From positions 1 to 64,000 of the IMG/VR virus record IMGVR_UViG_3300046680_000412: a DNA stretch of 64,000 nucleotides; one strand, written 5' to 3'. Below, piece by piece: positions 45,665-55,657 of this stretch. The translations under genes and the position numbers were made by a program. Source of the stretch: a virus. The stretch's first letter is position 1. Each line of letters starts with the position of its first letter. The notes below the pieces were generated by a model. That model saw nothing but the letters and a program-made list of their open reading frames with translations. It ran no database searches and was not told where the DNA came from.

Positions 45665-46558
45665 ATGCGCATCTGTGTCAATGGGGGCGACGTCGTTGGG
45701 TTGATTGCGGCGTACCTATGCCGCGGGCGCGGGCATACGGTGGTGATCGTCGAGCCATCGAAAACGCTGGGCGCATCGGCGTACTTGCCCACGCACAAGT
45801 ACCTCGAACGCACGCCGGAAGTGCTGCGACTGCTCGACGGACTTGGCGTGCTGTATGGCGAATACACGCTCGCCACGGGGCTGTTGCGATCGGGCCAAGT
45901 GGCGCTGTGTCCGCGGCGTGTCTCGGACGCCGTGCATCATGCGCATTGGCGCAAAACGCGTTTGACTGCGATGCCCGTGCACTCGGCCGGCTTGAGCGAT
46001 CCCGAGGTGACGTCGAAACGCTATGCGGTGTCGCTCGACTGGCGGGATTTGGTCAAGCGCTTGTCGACCGGTCAGAAGGTCGTGCGCGACATCAGTAGCC
46101 TGGGCGGGCCGGTGGATTTGGTGCTTGAGACGGTGCCGCTCTGGGAATCGAAGTTTGTGAAGACTGAAGGCGCGCGCGATGCCATGGCGGTCACGCTGAA
46201 CTTGCTGTCGGTGCGGGCGAACAAAGACCGGTATCTTCGATGGGACGTCGTCTATACGCCTCACACGCCGGGCAACGCCATTCACCGGCTGTACCACGGG
46301 GACGAAAGCGGATACGTCTGCGAGTTCTCAGGAGTCGTTGCAGAAGACGCCGTGACCTCGGACCTCAACTATTTGTTTCCGGACGGCTGGCACGACGACG
46401 GGGAGCTTCTCGCCACCTACGGAAAGCTGGTCGCGTTGCAAGAGCGCCCGATGTGGGCCGACAACGTGCGCGCGGTCGGCCGCATGGCGGCGTGGGACGA
46501 AGGCGCGTCGCTGACGCGGGTCGTGCGTGACGTGCTGAACGCCGTAGGAGGCGCCTAG
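45665..46558 (+). CDS. FAD/NAD-binding oxidoreductase-like protein
   Basis: MRICVNGGDVVGLIAAYL....HTVVIVE Rossmann start; C-terminal VGRMAAW. Confidence 0.6.
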   Translation: MRICVNGGDVVGLIAAYLCRGRGHTVVIVEPSKTLGASAYLPTHKYLERTPEVLRLLDGLGVLYGEYTLATGLLRSGQVALCPRRVSDAVHHAHWRKTRLTAMPVHSAGLSDPEVTSKRYAVSLDWRDLVKRLSTGQKVVRDISSLGGPVDLVLETVPLWESKFVKTEGARDAMAVTLNLLSVRANKDRYLRWDVVYTPHTPGNAIHRLYHGDESGYVCEFSGVVAEDAVTSDLNYLFPDGWHDDGELLATYGKLVALQERPMWADNVRAVGRMAAWDEGASLTRVVRDVLNAVGGA

Positions 46559-46887
46559 TGCCCACCCTGGACGAGTTGCGTCGTTGGGCCCGAGGCGAGC
46601 GCGTGGAGGGCTTGCCGAGCGCGCCAGCACGTCCGGAAGTGCCGAAGCCGGTACTCAGCGCCGGGGCGCACAGCAAAAGCGGCAGATACAAAGTGAACAG
46701 CGAGGGGACCGACGCGCTCTTGCTATTTGGCACGGTGTTCAACGGCGAGAAGCTGTCGGTCGTGGTGACGACGCCGCGCGGGCGCAAATACATGAACTGG
46801 ATTCTTGAACGCGATTTCGACGACGTTCTCAAGGCGGTGTGTCGCTATCGACTCGAAGTCTACCAACGTGAGCGCGAGGCCAAGTGA
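46558..46887 (+). CDS. hypothetical protein with FG..G...YM.W motif (DUF3820/ExoX C-terminal-like)
   Basis: LLFGTVFNGEKLSVV...RKYMNWIL; GTG after AGGAGG. Confidence 0.55.
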   Translation: MPTLDELRRWARGERVEGLPSAPARPEVPKPVLSAGAHSKSGRYKVNSEGTDALLLFGTVFNGEKLSVVVTTPRGRKYMNWILERDFDDVLKAVCRYRLEVYQREREAK

Positions 46888-49800
46888 GCGACAAGAAGAC
46901 CGAAGACTTCGTCCACCTCCACACGCATTCGGACATGTCACAGCTCGACGGTTGCGGCCGCGTGGGTGATTACGTGAAGGCCGCCAAGGAGCGCGGCAAT
47001 CCGGCGCTCGCGTTCACCGAACACGGTTCGATGCGCGGCTACTTGCAGCTGCGCAAGGAAGCTGAAAAAGCGAACATCAAACCGATCTACGGGATCGAGT
47101 TCTATGTGAGTCGCGACATGCACCGCAAGGGCGTGACCGACGAAGAGAAAGCGACGCTTTTGGCAGGCGTCAAGAAGAACGATCGCCGCGCTACGATTCG
47201 CGCCTACGAGGACCGTGAAGGCATTCGCGATCGCTGGCACACGACGTGTTGGGCGTTGACGCAAGAAGGCATGCTGAACCTGCAGCGGCTGTCCAGCAAA
47301 TCGTACGTGGAAGGCTTCTACTACAAGCCACGCGTCGACATCGATGCATTGTGCGAATACAACGAAGGCCTTGCGATTTCGACGGGCTGCCTGAACGGGC
47401 CAGCGCACGACAGTTTTCTACAGGGCCGGCGCCGCGATGCACTGACCTATGTCGACAAGTTGCACGACGCCTTTGGCGATCGCATGTACTTGGAGATTCA
47501 GCCGCACGCGATCGAAGATCAAGCGCGCGTGAATCAGTTCGACGTGGACGTGCTGCGAAAGCGCACCGGCGCAAAACTACTGGCCACGCAAGACGCGCAT
47601 TACGTCAATCCCGAGGATAGCCACGCGCACGACGTGCTGCTTTGCATTGGCACGGGCGCGAAGGTGAGCGACAAAGATCGCTTTCGGTTCGACGGAGACG
47701 AGTTCTACTTTCGTACGCGCGCCCAGATGCGCGACGCATTCATCCGGCATCATGGCTACCTTCGCAAGTCGCAAATCAGAGAAGCGCTCGACTCGACCAT
47801 CGAGCTCGCGGAGCGCAGCGACGTCAAGATCGAGATCGACTATCTGCGCGCGCTGCTGCCCTCGCCCGGGATCCCTGCGAAGTATGAAGGCGACGACTTT
47901 CGTTTTCTGAAAGACATTTGCTTGGACGGCTGGACGTGGCGCGGCATCCCGGCGCGCGCGCGGTCGTATGCGCACAAGCATGGGATCCCCGCGGGCGATG
48001 CGCTCGGGCGCTATGCGGAGCGATTGAAGATCGAGCTGACAGCGCTGAAGCGCCAGCGCTTGATCCTGTATTTTTTGGTGGTGCGCGATCTGTATGCGTT
48101 CGCGCGCAAGGAAGAGATCTTTTGCGGGCCGGGCCGCGGCAGTGCGGGCGGATCGCTCGTTGCCTACTTGCTTGGCATCACGTCGATCGATCCGATCGAA
48201 CACGGTTTGCTGTTCGAGCGCTTCATCAATCCGGACCGTCACGATCTACCGGACATCGACATGGACTTCGAGGACTCGCGACGTCGCGAGGTCATCGACT
48301 ATTTGGTCAAAAAATACGGCAACGACAAGGTCTGTCAGATCGCTACGGTGGGCCGGCTCTCTGGCAAGAGCGTGCTTCGAGACGTGTCGCGCGTGCTGGG
48401 CGTGCCGCTCTCCGAAGTGAATGCGATCGGTCCGTCGATTTTGGAGCGCCCTGACGGCCATCCGCGCGAGTTCAACACGCTCGAAGATTCGTTCAAGGAG
48501 TTCGACGCGTGCCGCGCGTTCGACAAGCGCTACCCCGCGGTGCGCAAGTACGCCAGCAAGTTGGAGGGCATGGCCAAGACGCTCGGCATTCACGCCGCGG
48601 GCGTGGTCGTGAGTCCCGTCACGTTGACCGATATCATCCCGTTGGAGATCCGCAAGCACAAGGGCCAGGACATCAAGGTCAGCGCGATCGACATGAACGA
48701 GATCGCGAGCGTGGGCCTCGTGAAACTCGACGTGCTCGGGTTGCGCACGCTGACGGTGATTCGCGATTGCGTGAACGCGATCAAGGAGCGCCACGGGGTC
48801 AAGCTCGACATGGAGCGGATCGAGATGAACGATCCGGCCGTGTTGGCGCGTTTCACCGCGCATGATTTTGGCGGCGTGTTTCAGTACGATACTCCGAGCG
48901 CATACAAGATCTGCCAAGACGTCAAGTTCGAAGACTTTGAAGACATCGCGGCCATGACTGCGCTCAACCGCCCGGGTGCCACGCGCAGCGGTCTGGCCGA
49001 GCGCTACCTCGTACGCAAGAAGGACAAGCGCAAGCGTGACGAGGTCGACTTTCATCCGCTCATCAATCAGATCTGCGCCGACACGTTGGGCGTCATCGTG
49101 TACCAAGAGCACGTAATCAAGATCTTCACCGAGGTCGCGGGCTTCTCGCCCGGCATGGCCGACAACTTGCGCAAGGCCATCGGCAAGAAGAAAGCCGAAG
49201 AGCTCAAGGCCGCGCGCGTGGACTTCGTGGCTGGCTGCGAAAAGCGACACGGCATTGCGGATAAGCTTGCGAACAAGATTTTTGGTGCGATCGAAGCGTT
49301 TGGCGCGTACGGCTTCAACAAGTCGCACGCCACGGCGTACGCCACGATCGCGTATTGGTGCCAGTGGCTGAAGGTCCACTACCTGACCGAGTTCTACTGG
49401 GCGCTTCTTCGCAACGAACCCGACAGCGCGCACCTCAAGGCACTCGCCAAAGAAGCCAAGCGGGCAGGGATCAAGATCCTGAACCCGCATGTGTCGTTCA
49501 GTCGCGACGTGTTCAGCATCGACCCCAAGGGCAACGTGCGCGGGTCACTGGTCGACATCAAGGGCGTGGGCAAGGGCGCCGCTGCGACGGTGATGGAGAA
49601 CCAACCGTTTCGCAGCTTCTTGGACTTCGCCAAGCGCGTCGATCGACGCCGCTGCAATCGCGGCGTGGTGGTCGTGCTGATCAAGGCGGGCGCGTTCGAC
49701 GGCCTGATCCCTAACCAGAAGTTTTTCGAGGCGCATCTCGATGAACTGTGGAAGGCGTTCACGAAGAAGCGTTCGAGGCGCGAAGCGATCTATGACTTCT

Positions 49801-50705
49801 GGGATCGCGCGAAGAAGGCGTCTGACTACACGCCTGAAGAGCGCATGCTTGTCGCAGCCAAGGTCAACCCGCTGGCGTTCGGAGAGCACCCACTCGACGC
49901 GTATCGCGAATTCATGACCGGTCACATTGGCGTGGCGCTCACGCGCATGGATGCCGCCGCCATGAAAGAGCTGGACGGAGAGTCCATCTACGTGGCCGGA
50001 TTGATGCTCGACTCGCGTGTGCAACAGATCGGGGATTTCCACACGGGCGACTTGCCCACCGAGCTCGAACGCAAGCGCATGTTCTGGGGCGCGCGCTATG
50101 CGAATGTGAACTTGGAATGCGACAGCGGCGAGTCGTTCCGGGTGCGGTTTGATTTCGACATTTTCGAATCGCATCGCGAGCTCATCGAGGCCGACTCCGG
50201 CACGCCGATGATCCTGCACGCCACGGTCGACGCGAAATACAACCGCCTCGTAGCGCACTTTGCGATCGACTTGGAACGCTACCGCGTAGCCGTGCGCGCG
50301 GGCGACGAAAGTGGCTTTTGGGATCGCATCGTCGCGGGTGGACATCCGGCGCGCGACTACCCATGGCCGAGCGAGGAAATCGCGAAAAAGCGCCGCTTCA
50401 ATGGGCGCGTGCTGCGCTCGGGCGGCGGCGTGTTCACTGGCGTGGTGACGCACGTGCGAAGGAAGTTCGACAAGAACGGCGACGAAATGGCGTTCTTCGG
50501 GCTACTGGGTGAACGGGGTTTCGTGAACGTGATCGCGTTCGCATCGCAGTGGCACACGATTCGTAAGATCGTGAAACGAGGCAGGTTGCTGTCGATGCCT
50601 GTGGATCGATCCACCGATTCCGAACGGGGCATAGCGTTTTTCTTCAACGGTGGAAAAGTTCGGCACTTGAAAAAACATTCAGCGGACTGGGGCTTGAGCC
50701 CGTAG
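46884..50705 (+). CDS. dnaE: DNA polymerase III alpha subunit (family C)
   Basis: FVHLHTHS..S.LDG PHP domain, GPGRGSAGGSLVAY.LGIT.IDP, FERF.NP.R...PDIDMDF, HAAGVV, KLDVLGL, YGFNKSHA, OB-fold C-terminus. Confidence 0.97.
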   Translation: MSDKKTEDFVHLHTHSDMSQLDGCGRVGDYVKAAKERGNPALAFTEHGSMRGYLQLRKEAEKANIKPIYGIEFYVSRDMHRKGVTDEEKATLLAGVKKNDRRATIRAYEDREGIRDRWHTTCWALTQEGMLNLQRLSSKSYVEGFYYKPRVDIDALCEYNEGLAISTGCLNGPAHDSFLQGRRRDALTYVDKLHDAFGDRMYLEIQPHAIEDQARVNQFDVDVLRKRTGAKLLATQDAHYVNPEDSHAHDVLLCIGTGAKVSDKDRFRFDGDEFYFRTRAQMRDAFIRHHGYLRKSQIREALDSTIELAERSDVKIEIDYLRALLPSPGIPAKYEGDDFRFLKDICLDGWTWRGIPARARSYAHKHGIPAGDALGRYAERLKIELTALKRQRLILYFLVVRDLYAFARKEEIFCGPGRGSAGGSLVAYLLGITSIDPIEHGLLFERFINPDRHDLPDIDMDFEDSRRREVIDYLVKKYGNDKVCQIATVGRLSGKSVLRDVSRVLGVPLSEVNAIGPSILERPDGHPREFNTLEDSFKEFDACRAFDKRYPAVRKYASKLEGMAKTLGIHAAGVVVSPVTLTDIIPLEIRKHKGQDIKVSAIDMNEIASVGLVKLDVLGLRTLTVIRDCVNAIKERHGVKLDMERIEMNDPAVLARFTAHDFGGVFQYDTPSAYKICQDVKFEDFEDIAAMTALNRPGATRSGLAERYLVRKKDKRKRDEVDFHPLINQICADTLGVIVYQEHVIKIFTEVAGFSPGMADNLRKAIGKKKAEELKAARVDFVAGCEKRHGIADKLANKIFGAIEAFGAYGFNKSHATAYATIAYWCQWLKVHYLTEFYWALLRNEPDSAHLKALAKEAKRAGIKILNPHVSFSRDVFSIDPKGNVRGSLVDIKGVGKGAAATVMENQPFRSFLDFAKRVDRRRCNRGVVVVLIKAGAFDGLIPNQKFFEAHLDELWKAFTKKRSRREAIYDFWDRAKKASDYTPEERMLVAAKVNPLAFGEHPLDAYREFMTGHIGVALTRMDAAAMKELDGESIYVAGLMLDSRVQQIGDFHTGDLPTELERKRMFWGARYANVNLECDSGESFRVRFDFDIFESHRELIEADSGTPMILHATVDAKYNRLVAHFAIDLERYRVAVRAGDESGFWDRIVAGGHPARDYPWPSEEIAKKRRFNGRVLRSGGGVFTGVVTHVRRKFDKNGDEMAFFGLLGERGFVNVIAFASQWHTIRKIVKRGRLLSMPVDRSTDSERGIAFFFNGGKVRHLKKHSADWGLSP

Positions 50706-50725
50706 TTACATGGAAGAAGGCACAC

Positions 50726-51070
50726 ATGGCAGGCATTCACGAAATAGCAAAAGCGGCAGGGATCAAGCCCGACGTTGTGACCGATATTTTCGAAGCGGTG
50801 TTTCAGCTGGTGCGCTCCGGAGAGCTGGTGCGCGTCTCGGGATTCGGCTCGTTCGAGCGAAAGACGTTTCCGGGTCGGACCGTCAAAAGCCCTGTGATCA
50901 ACGAGGGCGAGCCCACGACGTTCGGCGAGTCGTATCGCATGGCGTTCCGCCAAAGCGATCAGGCCAAGCGCCGGCTGAACATGAGTCGTCGTAAGCGCGA
51001 GGCGAAGCGTGCGGCGGCCGAAGAAGCGAAGGGCAAGAAAAAGAAGAAGGCCAAGAAGGATCGGAAATGA
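50726..51070 (+). CDS. HU/IHF-like DNA-binding protein with basic tail
   Basis: IAK.AGI....V..IFE.V......GE.VRVSGFGSF...GR..KSP...F.QS...K..LN. Confidence 0.85.
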   Translation: MAGIHEIAKAAGIKPDVVTDIFEAVFQLVRSGELVRVSGFGSFERKTFPGRTVKSPVINEGEPTTFGESYRMAFRQSDQAKRRLNMSRRKREAKRAAAEEAKGKKKKKAKKDRK

Positions 51071-51726
51071 GCGAGACCGAGCCCGAATATGCGGCGCGCT
51101 TTGCGCGCCAGAAAATAAAGGTTGCCGGCACGGCGATCGACGTGTTGATTCTCGGCGACGGTTCGGAGCTCGCGATCAGCGAGAACTTGTCCGACGACAT
51201 GGATCGGGTGTCTGCACAGTTGGCATATTGGGGTTCGGTGCTCGCGGAGGCCAGCGCGGAGAAAGTGCAGGTCGACGCATTCTACCGGCGCTTTCGCGCG
51301 AGCTGTGCGGAGGCGGTGCTGCAGCGCGATCCGAAGGCGGCCGAGTGGAAGGTCAAGAACGCAATCGAGGCTACGGACGGCTTCATTCAGCACAAGAATG
51401 CGATCGCTATGGCCGAGCGCAACGTGGGCATTTTGGAAGCCATGGTGCGGGCATTCGACAAGAAGGCCAATCAGCTGCAGAGCAAGGGCGCGCGCGTACG
51501 CTCGGAGCTCAATGCGACAGGCATGACGACGCCGGAGGTGCCGCGTACGCCGCGCGGCTGGAATCTGTCGGGTCGAGGCAGCGACAGCGACGACGAGCGG
51601 TATGTCTCTTCGCCAGCGGAGGGCGTCCGAAGACCCTCGCAAGAAGAAAAGATCAGGCGAATGGAAGAGATCAACAGTGCGCGCGATAAGAGCAAGGCGG
51701 CACGGAAAAAGGGAAAGAGAACATGA
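51067..51726 (+). CDS. UvsY-like recombination mediator (putative)
   Basis: Helical L...M......AYWG...A...E..VK.AI...L..MV.AF..K...L.S pattern; adjacent to SSB and RecA. Confidence 0.55.
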   Translation: MSETEPEYAARFARQKIKVAGTAIDVLILGDGSELAISENLSDDMDRVSAQLAYWGSVLAEASAEKVQVDAFYRRFRASCAEAVLQRDPKAAEWKVKNAIEATDGFIQHKNAIAMAERNVGILEAMVRAFDKKANQLQSKGARVRSELNATGMTTPEVPRTPRGWNLSGRGSDSDDERYVSSPAEGVRRPSQEEKIRRMEEINSARDKSKAARKKGKRT

Positions 51727-53351
51727 GCAGTGGCGTCAACATGGATGCGATGCGTCGCGGTTACGACGAGCAGCAGCGCGGCGGCGGCGAGTATCTAGCC
51801 TTCGAAAAAGGCGAAACGCTCTTGTACATTCACCCACCGTGTCGCGACAACGACAAGCACGCGCTGACCAAGGGCAAGAACTACGTGCCGGTCACGGTGC
51901 ACTACGCCGTCGGCAAGAACAATCGGATGGTGGTCGGTCTCGACGCCGAGACCAATCCGATCATCGAGCATCCGTTCGTCGAAAAAGTGCTTACCAAGCG
52001 CAAGGTGCATCTGACGGGCAAGTGCCCGATGAAGAAAGCACTCGACTCCGGAAAGACGTTTTCGGACGAAGAAGCCGACGAGTCGCGCCCCCAAACAAAG
52101 TATCTTTGGGGTTTCACGCCGATGGGCTTCCGCAAGAAGTCTTCGTCCGATTGGCAGGAGCACGATAAGCAGGGAGAGCCGCAAGTCGGCATGGTCGGAA
52201 AGCAGATCTTCGACGGGATCATGGAGTGCTTTTTCGACAATGGCGACATCAGCGATCCGCGTGCTGCGGTGCTCGTGCGCGTGATCAAGTCGGGGAAGGG
52301 CCGACAGACGAAGTACGAGGTCAAGGTCGATCCGGATACGTCGAAGTCGCCGCGCAAGCTGCCCAAGGCAACGCGCGCTGCGATCGCGAAGTCGATGGCA
52401 GAAGACGGCGACTGCGATCTGTTCCGTGTCGTTGGGAACATGATCAAGTCGCCTGATGAAGTGGTCGCGATCATCAAGGGTGTCGAGGTCGACGAGGATG
52501 TCGACGACGAGGACGATGGAAAGGGAAAAGCCATGAAGAAGGGCGCCAAGAAGGGTAAGCGCGACGACGAAGACGAAGAGCTCGACGACGAAGAAGAGCT
52601 CGACGAAGACGACGACGAAGACGACGAAGGCGATCTCGACGACGACGAGGATGAAGACGACGACGAGCCCAAGGGCAAGAAGTCGAAGGCCAAGTCGAAA
52701 GCCAAGTCGAAGTCCAAGGATGACGACGACGAGGACGACGAGGACGAAGACGACGAGGACGAAGACGACGAGGACGAAGACGACGAGGACGAAGACGACG
52801 AGCCCAAGGGCAAGAAGTCGAAGGCCAAGTCGAAGTCCAAGTCGAAGTCCAAGTCCAAGGACGACGACGAGGACGAAGACGACGAGGACGAAGACGACGA
52901 GGACGAAGACGACGAGGACGAAGACGACGAGCCCAAGGGCAAGAAGTCGAAGACCAAGTCGAAGTCCAAGTCGAAGTCCAAGGACGACGACGAGGACGAC
53001 GAGGACGACGACGAGGACGAAGCCGACGACGAGGACGACGAAGCCGACGACGAGGACGACGAAGACGAGCCCAAGGGCAAGGCCAAAGCGAAGGCCAAGG
53101 GCAAGAAGGGCAAAAAGTCGGACGACGAAGACGACGACCTCGGACTCGATGATCTCGACGACGCGCTGGCCGACCTCGACGACGAAGACGACGACGACGA
53201 GAAGCCCAAGAAAGGCAAGACGGCCGTGAAGAAAAAAGACAAGAAGGGCGACGACACCAAGCCAGCCAAGTCGAAAGACAAGGACAAGGCCAAGGGCAAA
53301 GAAGCCAAGTCGAAAGACAAAGGCAAGTCCGCGAAGAAGGCAAAGAAGTAG
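51723..53351 (+). CDS. putative single-stranded DNA-binding protein (gp32-like) with very long acidic/basic low-complexity tail
   Basis: N-terminal ~255 aa with VHY, CP, VGKQIF..I, DISDP....V.V.K.GKG..TKYEV; then about 290 aa of alternating D/E and K/S/A/G blocks. Confidence 0.7.
   Translation: MSSGVNMDAMRRGYDEQQRGGGEYLAFEKGETLLYIHPPCRDNDKHALTKGKNYVPVTVHYAVGKNNRMVVGLDAETNPIIEHPFVEKVLTKRKVHLTGKCPMKKALDSGKTFSDEEADESRPQTKYLWGFTPMGFRKKSSSDWQEHDKQGEPQVGMVGKQIFDGIMECFFDNGDISDPRAAVLVRVIKSGKGRQTKYEVKVDPDTSKSPRKLPKATRAAIAKSMAEDGDCDLFRVVGNMIKSPDEVVAIIKGVEVDEDVDDEDDGKGKAMKKGAKKGKRDDEDEELDDEEELDEDDDEDDEGDLDDDEDEDDDEPKGKKSKAKSKAKSKSKDDDDEDDEDEDDEDEDDEDEDDEDEDDEPKGKKSKAKSKSKSKSKSKDDDEDEDDEDEDDEDEDDEDEDDEPKGKKSKTKSKSKSKSKDDDEDDEDDDEDEADDEDDEADDEDDEDEPKGKAKAKAKGKKGKKSDDEDDDLGLDDLDDALADLDDEDDDDEKPKKGKTAVKKKDKKGDDTKPAKSKDKDKAKGKEAKSKDKGKSAKKAKK
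52490..53350 (+). repeat. low-complexity coding repeats (GACGAGGACGAAGACGAC and AAGTCGAAGTCC units; GAGCCCAAGGGCAAG block x4)
   Basis: EPKGK blocks at about 52665, 52800, 52929 and 53067, separated by DEDEDD runs. Confidence 0.9.
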
Positions 53352-53390
53352 TAGTTAGCAGCTGTGCTCACTCACGCGTGAAGGGAACAC

Positions 53391-53426
53391 GGGGCCGGCC
53401 AGTTCAGGCGGCCCCTGTTTTGTTTT
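53391..53426 (+). terminator. probable intrinsic terminator after the SSB gene
   Basis: GGGGCC...GGCCCC stem followed by TGTTTTGTTTT. Confidence 0.6.
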
Positions 53427-54518
53427 ATGGCCGACAACAAGACCGCCAAGAAGACCAAGAAGTCGAATCGCAAGGCGCGGCTAGAGTCTCCGACGGACAT
53501 CATCGCGGACTACCTCGCCGGCATGGAGAGCGACAAGGACGTCCCGGGCAAGGTGCGCGTCTTGGGCGATGCCGCGTACAAGAAGCGGATTCGCGGTGTT
53601 CTCTCGACACATTCGGCGACGCTCGATGCGGCCATTGGACGCGGCGGCTATCCGCTTTCGCGCGTGGTGATTTTTCACGGCAGGGAAGGCTCGGGTAAAA
53701 CGACGCTTGCGTTGCACGCGTGCGCCGAGGTGCAGCGCCGCGGCGGCGTGGCGGTGTACTTCGACAAAGAACACAAGATGGATCCCGACTACGCTGCCAA
53801 GGTTGGGGTTGATGTCGCGCGCCTGGTGATGCCGCCAGCGAAGACGCTCGAACAAGTGATCGCGTACACGCGGGCGACGATTCGGCGCGCGCGAGAGATA
53901 CGCAAGAAGACCAAGCGCGTCGTGCCGTTCGCGATCGTGGCCGATTCGCTGAACGCCATGAAGGCTTTCGAGACGCTCGACACGCCGACGGGAAAGAAGC
54001 GCTACCCCGCGGAGGCGCGCATTTGGAGCGAAGAGTTGCCGGAGCTGTGCGAAGAGATGGCGAGCGAGAACGTCACGCTGTTTTTCATCTCGCAGGTTCG
54101 CAAGAAGATGAATGTGAAATTTGGCAGTGACGAGGAAATGGCGGGCGGTAATGCGCCGCGCTTCTATGCGTCGCTCATCGTGTACGTGACACGTGTCGGA
54201 ACCGAGAAGACGGGCGACAAGACCAAAATCGGTAGCGTAATCGAAACCGAGTGCAAGAAGAACCAGATCGCTCCGCCGTTCAAGAAGGCGCGATTCGTGA
54301 TCTATTGGAACCGCGGCATCGACTACGAGCATAGCCTTGTGCTGCAGCTCGAAGAGATGGGGCTGGTCAAGAAGAAGCAGGGGCACTTGGTTGTGGGCAA
54401 CATCGAGTTGGGGCAGGGCTACGCCGCGGCGGCGAAGACACTTCGCGAGCGGCCGAAGTTGCGCGCGAAACTGATCGAGTTGTTTTACAAGCGAATGAAA
54501 TGGGAGCAGGCGGCGTGA
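53427..54518 (+). CDS. recA: RecA/UvsX recombinase
   Basis: LST.S..LD.AIG.GGYP.SRV....G.EGSGKTTLALH, D.EH..DP.YA..VGVD, VADS, SQVR.K..V.FG..E...GGNA..FYAS, KN.IAPPFK. Confidence 0.95.
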   Translation: MADNKTAKKTKKSNRKARLESPTDIIADYLAGMESDKDVPGKVRVLGDAAYKKRIRGVLSTHSATLDAAIGRGGYPLSRVVIFHGREGSGKTTLALHACAEVQRRGGVAVYFDKEHKMDPDYAAKVGVDVARLVMPPAKTLEQVIAYTRATIRRAREIRKKTKRVVPFAIVADSLNAMKAFETLDTPTGKKRYPAEARIWSEELPELCEEMASENVTLFFISQVRKKMNVKFGSDEEMAGGNAPRFYASLIVYVTRVGTEKTGDKTKIGSVIETECKKNQIAPPFKKARFVIYWNRGIDYEHSLVLQLEEMGLVKKKQGHLVVGNIELGQGYAAAAKTLRERPKLRAKLIELFYKRMKWEQAA

Positions 54519-55657
54519 GCCAAGCAGAGGCAGACGTTCGTGCCTATCGGTCGCTCAACATCAGCGACATTCACATGAGCAACTCGCTCCCGCACGCCAA
54601 GCAAACCAACGCGCGCGGTGTGACAGACCGCTTGGCCGATCAGTTGGCGCTGTGGCGTCGCGTGTTCGCAGCGGCCGAGCGCGCGCGTTGCGAAGCGATC
54701 TTCATTCAGGGCGATCTGTTCGATCACTCGCGCACCGATGCGATTACCCTGACAGAGACGTTTCGCGCGATAGGCGCGTCACCGGTGCCGGTGTTCATCG
54801 TGCCGGGCAATCATGACGGCGTGAACACGCGTGGCGAGCGCTTCACGGTCGAAGCGCTCTCTGAGCTGCCGCGTTGTCAGTACATGGAAACGGGCTGGGC
54901 CTATCGGCCGCGACCGTGGCTCACGTTCTGGCCGATGGAGTTCAGTCCGCTCGCGCGCACGCGCGAAGCGCTCAAAGCGATGAAGCTGCAGCGCGGCGAG
55001 GTCAACGTGCTTCTGATGCACAACTCAGTCGTGGGCTGCACGCATGGCGGTTGGACATGCGAAGACGGACAGGGCCTGACGCCGGCCGAGTTGACCGAGC
55101 GATTCGATCACGTGCTGTCGGGCCACTTTCACGATCCGCAGTTTTTCGGGCGCAAGCAGAAGGGCCGCTATTTGGGCGCGCCCATGCATCACCGGTTCGA
55201 CGACGTCGGGCGGCCCGCTGGCTTTTGGATCATGGAGTTCCGCAAGGACGGCTCGCGCAAAGAAGTTTTCGTCGACGGCGGCGCGCCGCGCTTTCACACG
55301 GTGCCATTCACCAAAGACCGCGCCGAGCTCAAGGTGCGCCGTGGCGACTACGTACGCGTCATCGTGCGCTGCACGCATGCCAAGCTGGTCAAAAAACAGA
55401 TTGCGGCCGATCGCTACGTCGACACGTTGCGGGAGCAAGGGCTACGCGCGAACTGGATACACGAGCCTGTCTATCACCATGTCTCGCGCATGGCGTCTAC
55501 GGACAGCAGCGGCGCAGCGGAAGTGTTGACGCCCCGCAAGATGGTGCCCGGGTACGTCGAGACTGTGGAGGTCGACACGGCCGGGCTCGATCGTAAAGCG
55601 CTCAAGCGCATGGGTCGTGAAATCTTCACAGCGGTCGAGGGCGAATGGCGCGGCTAG
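54515..55657 (+). CDS. SbcD/Mre11-like metallophosphoesterase nuclease
   Basis: ISDIH, GDLFD, PGNHD, LLMH, LSGHFH motifs. Confidence 0.9.
   Translation: MSQAEADVRAYRSLNISDIHMSNSLPHAKQTNARGVTDRLADQLALWRRVFAAAERARCEAIFIQGDLFDHSRTDAITLTETFRAIGASPVPVFIVPGNHDGVNTRGERFTVEALSELPRCQYMETGWAYRPRPWLTFWPMEFSPLARTREALKAMKLQRGEVNVLLMHNSVVGCTHGGWTCEDGQGLTPAELTERFDHVLSGHFHDPQFFGRKQKGRYLGAPMHHRFDDVGRPAGFWIMEFRKDGSRKEVFVDGGAPRFHTVPFTKDRAELKVRRGDYVRVIVRCTHAKLVKKQIAADRYVDTLREQGLRANWIHEPVYHHVSRMASTDSSGAAEVLTPRKMVPGYVETVEVDTAGLDRKALKRMGREIFTAVEGEWRG

Noticed and set aside
46884-50705. Inteins or introns in DnaE, DnaB or RecA
   Set aside because: Lengths and motif spacing are ordinary, and no C...HN splice junction or homing-endonuclease motif was noticed.
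51902-53371. 489-aa poly-Ser ORF on the - strand, and the Thr/Arg-rich alternative + frame
   Set aside because: These are shadows of the GAC/GAA/AAG low-complexity tail of the + strand SSB gene, with no independent start context.
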